Of a DNA stretch of 64,000 nucleotides, positions 55,242-64,000 are shown piece by piece. The DNA is from Eledone cirrhosa (Eukaryota): positions 19,964,001 to 20,028,000 of the forward strand of contig OZ024765.1 in assembly GCA_964016885.1 (NCBI GenBank), read 5' to 3'. Position numbers and translations under genes: made by a program. Position 1 is the stretch's first letter. Each line of letters starts with the position of its first letter. Below the pieces are notes generated by a model. It was given only the letters and a program-made list of their open reading frames with translations, was not told the origin of the DNA and ran no database searches.

Positions 55242-55469
55242 GGCGGGTAAAATTCCCGAGATCCATGGATGCGTTCTCTCCAGCGGTCTCTGTCCCTCAT
55301 TATCGCTGCCATGTCCTGCGTCTCCAACAGACCAGTGTCTGTCCTTAGGGCATCAACATACATTAACCTTGGTCTTCCTCTTCCAGTTTATCCATGCAGG
55401 GGCTCCCACAGGAGCACTGAGTGCAGTGTCAACTCTGGATGTCGGTGAGCATGTCCAGCTAACCTCAGT
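55242..55469 (-). mobile_element. RTE-like LINE 3' remnant (family 1)
   Basis: Reverse complement of the 22560-22790 region. Confidence 0.8.
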
Positions 55470-55514
55470 CTCTCTCTCTCTCTCTCTCTCATTATAAATA
55501 TATACATATTTAAT

Positions 55515-55858
55515 GGAGGCACATGGCTTAGTGGTTAGAGCATTGGCCTTGCAATCGAAAGGTTGTGAGTTCAATTCTCAGACCAGGTGATGTGTTGTTT
55601 CCTTGAGCAAGACACTTTATTTCACATTGCTCCAGTTTACTCAGCTGTAGAAATGAGATGATAGGGACTGCGGTCCCTATCATTCCACTACAAAGTGGTT
55701 GTGGAGGTGCCACGGCAAAAAAGCACCCAGCACTCACTGTAAATGAGGTTGGTGTTAGGAAGGGCATCCAGCTGTAGAAATCAAGCCAGAATCAGTTCCC
55801 GTCCCACCCTTGCAAGCAGGGAAAAAGCGGACATAAAATGAAATGATGATGATGATGA
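55515..55858 (+). mobile_element. SINE-A followed by a SINE-B fragment (to about 55965)
   Basis: Near-identical copy. Confidence 0.85.
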
Positions 55859-56027
55859 AATCCCGCCGAGGTTAACTTTGCCTTTCATCCTTACGGGGTC
55901 GATCAAATAAAGTACCAGTAATGTACTGGGTAATTGCTGGTCTTGTACCAACAGTAGAAACAATTATATATATATATACATATATATATATATACATATA
56001 TATATATTTATATATGTTTGAAAAAAG

Positions 56028-56381
56028 GGAAAAGAATGACTTCACTTGTAGTGTTAAATAATTTGATTTAATTTTATAATTTTATAATATTATAGGTAGA
56101 TCCAATAAGTTCTTTGTTAACTTCGGTGGGAAGAATTTTAAAGATTCCTGGTTAACTTTCTTGGAGAACTTTCTCGCATTCGTTGGTGATTGTCAAACTG
56201 AGATCAATTTGACAATTGCCACCGATGAATGCGAGAAAGTTCTCCAACCCAAGTTAACCAGGAATCTTTAAAATTCTTCCCACCGAAGTTAACAAAGAAC
56301 TTATTGGATCTACCTATAATATTATAAAATTATAAAATTAAATCAAATTATTTAGCACTACAAGTGAAGTCATTCTTTTCC
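56028..56381. repeat. near-perfect inverted repeat, about 170-bp arms
   Basis: ggaaaagaatgacttcac...gtgaagtcattcttttcc. Confidence 0.93.
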
Positions 56382-56999
56382 TTTAGGGGATCAAAAAGTT
56401 TTTTTTGTGCATAACACTCCCTGAAAAATAAGTAATACACATGTAAAGTTTGAAAAAGATCGGTTGGGTACTTCGAGTTTTAGGGATTCAAACTCACAGA
56501 CACACACAGACGGACATCCTCAGTTTTATATATATAGAAAAGAATGAAACGAAATTTCATTTCTCACTCTTAGTACGGCTGATACTTAAATGTAAGTATG
56601 TATGTATACGTACATACATATATGTATACAGACGTACAGTAGTATGTATATACATACATACATGCACACATATATATATGTACGTATGGGTTTACCGAAC
56701 ATTTATTATAATGCTCGGTTTGTTTGTAAACAAACAGCCCGAATTACACCGTACAGTGTTCGGCAACCATCGTCGCCTTTTTGTTCAACCCTGAGACAGG
56801 AACGATGAACTAGTTTCAAGCTTATCAGATATTGTCAGCATCGTATACCTTCCTGACAGATGGTTGAATGTCTGAAAGTATATACTTTCCTTATGCATAT
56901 TAACGGCTGAGCAGCCTAATTTGCATATCGAGTGAGTCAGTTGGCCGGGCACACCGAGAACGATAAATGGAAAAGAATGAAACGAAATTTCATTTCTCA

Positions 57000-57067
<68 letters not shown>

Positions 57068-57169
57068 TTTCTGAATTTGTTTAGCAAGATTCTTTATCTG
57101 AAATCGTGTGTTGAAACCGATATTGTTATACTTAGGGAGGGTCATGTTGCCAATAAGAAACACACGCAC

Positions 57170-57826
57170 CAGTTGCTTTCACTTCAATTTATTATATATT
57201 TATAAATTTACAAATTTACAAATTTATAAATTTCTGGTTGGTTGGTTGGTTCCACAACCAGATAGTTGTTTATATATAGTCATAGTCCTTTCGTCACACA
57301 CTCTGTGACCTCTTCAGTGACTGGGGATTCCTTCTTTGTTTCTGTGCCTTTCCTTTCTTCTGTCCTACGCCATTTTGTTTCTGTGTGTGTGTGTTGTGTG
57401 CTCAGTTTGCGCATGCGCCACATCCGGGTGTCTGTGTGTTTATGTTCATTTATCTATTTGTTTATTTATTTGTTTATTTACATGTTATTGGTTGGTTGTT
57501 TGTTCTATGTGTGTGTGTGTTTTCATTTTGTCCTTAATTGTAAGTTGTGATGTTGCTGTTCCACTCATATTTTCTATTTAATTTTGGTTGTAATTCTTTT
57601 ATGTTTATTGCCTCTGTAATTTGTCTAAACATTGCATCTTTTCTGTGTGTAGATTCTATTTTTATTTCTATGTTCTCTAATTTACCCTTGTGTTCTATCT
57701 TAGCATGTTGGTAGAGTACAGATGATTCTTTATTATCTTGAAGGTCTCGCCAGTGTTCATTTATCCGTTCCCCTATACTACGAGCTGTCTCACCTATGTA
57801 CACTAATCAGGTTGAGAAAAGTACAC

Positions 57827-57830
<4 letters not shown>
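57170..57830 (-). mobile_element. Penelope-like element 3' remnant: GIY-YIG endonuclease fragment plus pLTR with hammerhead
   Basis: ORF 57534-57803 YIGETARSIGERINEH...QHAKIEH...RQITEAINIKELQPKLN has the YIG-T-R...R..EH...E...I...P.LN layout of PLE GIY-YIG. Confidence 0.85.
57279..57323 (-). ncRNA. type I hammerhead ribozyme motif downstream of GIY-YIG remnant
   Basis: agtca-CTGAAGA-g-gtcaca(gagtg)tgtgac-GAA-AG(ga)CT-A-tgact. Confidence 0.7.
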
Positions 57831-57879
<49 letters not shown>

Positions 57880-58642
57880 CAGGTGTACTTTTCTCAACCT
57901 GATTAGTTCTATCGTTGCTTTGGTATGTATTGTGTGTTAGTTTCGCTTACCACAATGTTTGATTTGTCAAGCTATTTAAACGTATGTTATTACTCTGAGG
58001 CCCTATCTTATCGAGTGCTTTGCTAACTCATCATTTCATATAAGTAGGCCGAATTTACTTGCAAACCGCCAGAGATTCGATTTTACTGATTTCCAATTAT
58101 ATATATATATATATGCAAAAGTTTTATTTAAAATTGTTGGGATACAAGTAAATATTTTATAACTGATATAAAGCACTCGACAAGTTTTTGGAGTAGATAT
58201 ACGATATTAAATAAATGGAAACTATATTTATAAAACCATATTTATTTCATTATACATATTTCAGGGATACCAAATTAGACAGCTTCCAAAAATAATCGTC
58301 GCTTATAATAGGGTACATCAAAATTATTTATAAAACTGTTTATATATTGTATTTTATCTGACGAAGGCATGCCATATTTTAATTTGGTATCCCTGAAATA
58401 TGTATAATGAAATAAATATGGTTTTATAAATATAGTTTCCATTTTTTTAATATCGTATATATATATATATATATGTAGAAGTTCTATTTAAATTGTTGGG
58501 ATACAACAAGCAAATATTTTTATAACTGATATAAAGCACTCAACAAATTATTGAAAGCACACCATAATTTAACTTGGTGTCCTTGAAATATGTATAATGA
58601 AATAAATATGGTTTTATAAATATAGTTTCCATTTGTTAATAT

Positions 58643-58692
<50 letters not shown>

Positions 58693-58711
58693 ATATATAT
58701 ATATATATATA

Positions 58712-59535
58712 TTGGATGTGTAATAGTAATATACGCGAACGGCAAAGCATAAACGAACTAAGGAAAAAATTAGAAATAAGAGGGATCAGATGTTGTTTAC
58801 TCGAGAGAAGACTACGTTGGTATGGTCACGTGATGCGCATGAAAGACGACAGCTGTATAGCAAAGTGCAGGGCAATAAAGATAGACGGTAGCCACGGAGT
58901 AGGCAGACCCAGAAAAACCTGGGACGAGCTGATAAATTCCGACCTCACACACTTACACCTCTCCAAGACAATGTCACTGGACCGAGACCTTTGGCGGTAC
59001 TCAGTAATAGAGAAGACCCGCCTTACCTAAATACAAAGTAAAAACCTACTACAGTCAGTAGGCATCTCTAACAAAATACACCCCCGTCCCACCACCCCCA
59101 CCCCATCCACACCGCCCCTTTCAATGTAAAGTTATGTTGGTACCACAACATCCAGGCCGAAACAAATGAGATCGTGTAGGTGTCACGACAAAAAAACACA
59201 GTCCACGCTGTAATGTGGCCGTGTAGGCAACACGGTAAAAACCTCCCAGTCCCACACTGTAAACGTGGTTGGTGTTAGGAAGGGCATCCAGCTGTAGAAA
59301 ACCCGCCAGACAGTCTACGCTGTAATGTGGCCATGTAGGTAACACGGTAAAAACCTCCCAGCCCCACACTGTAAATGTGGTTGGTGTTAGGAAGGGCATC
59401 CAGCCGTAGAAAACCTGCCAGACAGTCCTATGCGAGCAAGACAACCACTCTTGCCTCAAGTGGGAAAACTCCCGTCCAAACCCATGCAAGCGTGGAACAC
59501 GGACGTTAAACGATGATGATGATGATGATGATGAT
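58712..59535 (+). mobile_element. RTE-like LINE 3' end (family 2)
   Basis: Near-identical to 28228-28871 with an internal 3'UTR duplication; tail-only copies near 3190-3400, 11050-11160, 27502-27693, 44560-44705, 50114-50482 (all -). Confidence 0.88.
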
Positions 59536-60049
59536 ATAGTGATTATAATGTCCAGTCACTGTAGGTTCACCACAGTGAACACTCGATGTGTAGTTTCCAG
59601 TAGGTATATTGGTGTTGTACTAAACAGGGTATAACAATTGTTTCTACTATTTGTCACAAGGCCAGCAATTACCCCCAGTGCATTACTGGTACCTTATATA
59701 GGCACAAGGCCAGCAATTTTGAGGGAGGGGAAAGTCGATTAAATCGACCCCAGTGCATGACTGGTACTTTATTTTATCGACCCCGTATGGATGAAAGGCA
59801 AAGTTAACCTCGACGGGGTTTAAACACAGATCATAAAGGGCCGTAACTCTATGCTGCAAAGCATGGCATCCAACCCTCTTCCGATACTTCCAATTCACCG
59901 CATGTAATGATAATAAAAAGGATGATATATATATGTGTGCGTGTGTATATATGTGTGTGTGGGTGCGTGTGTGTGTGTTTATATATATTTGCGTGTGAGT
60001 GTGTGTATGTGTATGTGTGTGTGTATTTATATATGTGTGTGTGTGTATT

Positions 60050-60080
<31 letters not shown>

Positions 60081-60655
60081 ATTTATATATATGTGTGTGT
60101 GAGTGTATTTATATATATATGTGTGTGTATTTATATATATATGTGTGTGTGTATATATATATGTGTGTGTGTGTTTATATATATATGTGTGTGTATTTAT
60201 ATATATATGTGTGTATTTATATATGTGTGTGTGTGTGTGTATTTATATATATGTGTGTATATTTATATATATATGTGTGTGTGTATTTATATATATATAT
60301 GTGTGTATTTATATATATGTGTGTGTGTGTGTATTTATATATATATGTGTGTGTATTTATATATATATGTGTGTGTGTATATATATATGTGTGTGTGTGT
60401 TTATATATATATGTGTGTGTATTTATATATATATATGTGTGTATTTATATATGTGTGTGTGTGTGTGTATTTATATATATATGTGTGTGTATTTATATAT
60501 ATATGTGTGTGTGTATATATATATATGTGTGTGTATTTATATATATATGTGTGTATTTATATATATGTGTGTGTGTGTGTATTTATATATATGTGTGTGT
60601 GTGTGTATATATATATATATGTGTGTATATTTATATATATATGTGTGTGTGTATT

Positions 60656-60719
<64 letters not shown>

Positions 60720-61179
60720 CAGTATACACACATACATATATATACACATACATATATATACATATATACACACATATATGTGTATATCTACATACATATA
60801 TATATATATACATAACAGAGTGCAGAGAGAGAAATAGAGATAGGGGGAGAGACAGAGAGAGAGCAGGGATAGAGAGAGAGGGGGAGAGATAGGGGGGGGG
60901 GGGGAGATGGGGCAGAGTGAGAGAGAGATAGGGGGAGAGAGAGAGATAGGGGGAGAGAGAGAGGAGAGTGAAAGAGAGAGAGAGAATAGCTGAGGAAAAA
61001 ATATCCATTATATCCCAAAAGGAAAAAAAGAAAAAAAAAATTTCAGATATTGACTGCCAGATTCTAGAATAATCCTCTGGAATTTCCGTCGACATTAAAA
61101 ACTGATAGTAATTTCTGATAAAACGGAGAACTATTTCACTGAATCCAGATAGTATCATTGAAACAGAAGATATACGTCT

Positions 61180-62567
61180 TTAACCCTTTCATTACCATAT
61201 TTCTAATGAAAGACACTGTCTATGTCATTAACCCTTTCACTACCATATTTCTAATGAAAGACACTGTCTATGTCATTAACCCTTTCATTACCATATTTCT
61301 AATGAAAGACACTGTCTATGTCATTAACTCTTTCATTACCATATTTCTAATGAAAGACACTGTCTATGTCATTAACTCTTTCATTACCATATATCTAATG
61401 AAAGACACTGTCTATGTCATTAACCCTTTCATTACCATATTTCTAATGAAAGACACTGTCTATGTCATTAACCATTTCATTACCATATTTCTAATGAAAG
61501 ACACTGTCTATGTCATTAACCCTTTCATTACCATATTTCTAATGAAAGACACTGTCTATGTCATTAACCCTTTCATTACCATATTTCTAATGAAAGACAC
61601 TGTCTATGTCATTAACCCTTTCATTACCATATTTCTAATGAAAGACACTGTCTATGTCATTAACCCTTTCATTACCATATTTCTAATGAAAGACACAGTC
61701 TATGTCATTAACCCTTTCATTACCATATTTCTAATGAAAGACACTGTCTATATCATTAACCATTTCATTACCATATTTCTAATGAAAGACACTGTCTATG
61801 TCATTAACCATTTCATTACCATATTTCTAATGAAAGACACTGTCTATGTCATTAACCCTTCCATTACCATATTTCTAATGAAAGACACAGTCTATGTCAT
61901 TAACCCTTTCATTACCATATTTCTAATGAAAGACACTGTCTATGTCATTAACCCTTCCATTACCATATTTCTAATGAAAGACACTGTCTATGTCATTAAC
62001 CCTTTCATTACCATATTTCTAATGAAAGACACTGTCTATGTCATTAACCATTTCATTACCATATTTCTAATGAAAGACACTGTCTATGTCATTAACCATT
62101 TCACTACCATATTTCTAATGAAAGACACTGTCTATGTCATTAACCCTTTCACTACCATATTTCTAATGAAAGACACTGTCTATGTCATTAACCCTTTCAT
62201 TACCATATTTCTAATGAAAGACACTGTCTATGTCATTAACCCTTTCATTACCATATTTCTAATGAAAGACACTGTCTATGTCATTAACCTTTTCATTGCC
62301 ATATTTCTAATGAAAGACACTGTCTATGTCATTAACCCTTTCATTACCATATTTCTAATGAAAGACACTGTCTATGTCTTTAACCCTTTCATTACCATAT
62401 TTCTAATGAAAGACACTGTCTATGTCATTAACCTTTTCATTGCCATATTTCTAATGAAAGACACTGTCTATGTCATTAACCCTTTCATTACCATATTTCT
62501 AATGAAAGACACTGTCGATGTAATTAACCCTTTCATTACCATATTTCTTATGAAAGACACTGTCTAC
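61180..62567. repeat. 48-bp tandem repeat, about 29 copies
   Basis: (ttaaccctttcattaccatatttctaatgaaagacactgtctatgtca)n. Confidence 0.97.
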
Positions 62568-62604
62568 AATAGTATATATAGAGTTATGTAAATGCTAAAG
62601 GATT

Positions 62605-63145
62605 AAGGTTGTTTTGGAACATAACATAACAAAGGTTCTTACATGAAATTATGTTGGAAAGGTTTTAGATAAACATGGACATTTAAAAATAAAAAGTTTT
62701 GTGTCAGAACCAGAGACTGTTTAAGTTAAGGTGGTTTGGAACATAACTTCACAAAGGTTCTTACATAAAATTACGATGGAAGGTTTTTAGATAAACATTT
62801 CCACTTTAAAATAAACAGTTTTGTATCATAGAACTAGAGGTGTTTGGAACATAACTTAAAGGTTCTTACATAAAATTATGTTGGAAAGATTTTAGACAAA
62901 TATAGACATTTGAAAATGAAGAATTTTGTATCAGAATCAGACACTGTTTAAGATGGTTTGGAACATAACTTAACAAAGGTTCTTACATAAAATAGTGTTG
63001 GAAAGATTTTAGATAAACACAGACATTTAAAAATAGAGTATTTTGTGTCAGAATCAGACGCTGTTTAAGGTGGTTTGGAACATAACTTAACAAAGGTTCG
63101 GCAGGCTTTAGATTAATATATACACTTTAACATAAACAGTTGTGT
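62605..63145. repeat. diverged tandem repeat of about 115-120 bp, about 4.5 copies
   Basis: ggtttggaacataacttaacaaaggttcttacataaaa recurring. Confidence 0.8.
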
Positions 63146-63714
63146 ATTGTATAAACAGGGTTGGTATGGTGAAGGTTTATGAAGCTAAAGTTGGAGCAGA
63201 ATTCATGGACATTATATAAACAAAAATCTTGGAGAAGAAGTATGGTTTCTCGGTAAGTCTGATTTGGTTTGTAAACATTTGAACATGTGAAAAGCTATGA
63301 CATTTTGATCTTAAACTAAGATAAGAATCTTATGTAAACCTTGTGATGGAGAGGCTGGAATATATTAGAACACAGAGTGTGTATATATGTATATAGGCAT
63401 GTGTATGTGTTTGAGTATATATATATATAGAGAGAGAGAGAGATAGATAAATATACACGGGTGTGTATGATTGTGTATAGAAGATTATATTAATAAGAGG
63501 AATTCCAACTTTGTCTGATTTACTCGTTTTATTTACAATCCTTTAAAATTTATAATGGTATTATAATGAAATAGTATGATAGAATATTAAATGTTAAGTA
63601 TTAATTGAACAAGTACTTTCATGCTTTCGCAATCTTCAGGTTCATAATGTGTGGTGACAGTCAAGTTTGCAATTTTCAACTGTGAAAATATACTCATATA
63701 TATGTGAGTTTGTG

Positions 63715-63781
<67 letters not shown>

Positions 63782-63784
63782 GAT

Positions 63785-64000
63785 GGAGGCAAATGGCTTA
63801 GTGGTTAGAGCATTAGCCTTGCTATCGAAAGGTTGTGAGTTCAATTCTCAGACCGGGTGATGTGTTGTTTCCTTGAGCAAGACACTTTATTTCACATTGC
63901 TCCAGTTTACTCAGCTGTAGAAACGAGATGATAGGGACTGCAAAGTGGTCGTGGAGGTGCCACGGCAAAAAAGCACCCAGCACTCACTGTAAACGAGGTT
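63785..64000 (+). mobile_element. SINE-A (cut by window end)
   Basis: Same head and core. Confidence 0.8.

Noticed and set aside
61158-62591. 477-aa hydrophobic ORF; likewise 19903-21018 and 51443-52448
   Set aside because: Translations of 48-, 21- and 72-bp tandem repeats.
63587-63680. Possible upstream GPSM2 exon (ttttcacag|LKIANLTV...)
   Set aside because: No TPR/LGN similarity to the expected preceding exon and no clear donor.

Overview
AT-rich, microsatellite-laden animal genomic DNA. The repeat landscape suggests an octopod cephalopod, which is an inference. One protein-coding gene is supported: the 3' 11 coding exons of a GPSM2/LGN/Pins orthologue on the minus strand (55023 to 15554). 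These join through GT-AG junctions into 1674 nt (557 aa plus stop) encoding TPR repeats, the RRxSMENMELMKLTP linker and four GoLoco motifs. The 5' exons lie beyond the right edge. Introns and flanks hold (TA)n/(CA)n tracts, two tRNA-derived SINE families, RTE-type LINE remnants, DNA-transposon ends and about a dozen minisatellites, several amplified from transposon pieces. The most notable unannotated signal is more than 15 minimal type I hammerhead-ribozyme motifs (CTGANGA, stem II, GAAA, short or palindromic stem III, closing stem I). Many sit inside 250-570 bp fold-back elements next to (TA)n, and one is linked to a Penelope-like GIY-YIG remnant. Several lie on the sense strand of the GPSM2 pre-mRNA close to splice sites. 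All coordinates, folds and copy numbers were read by eye.
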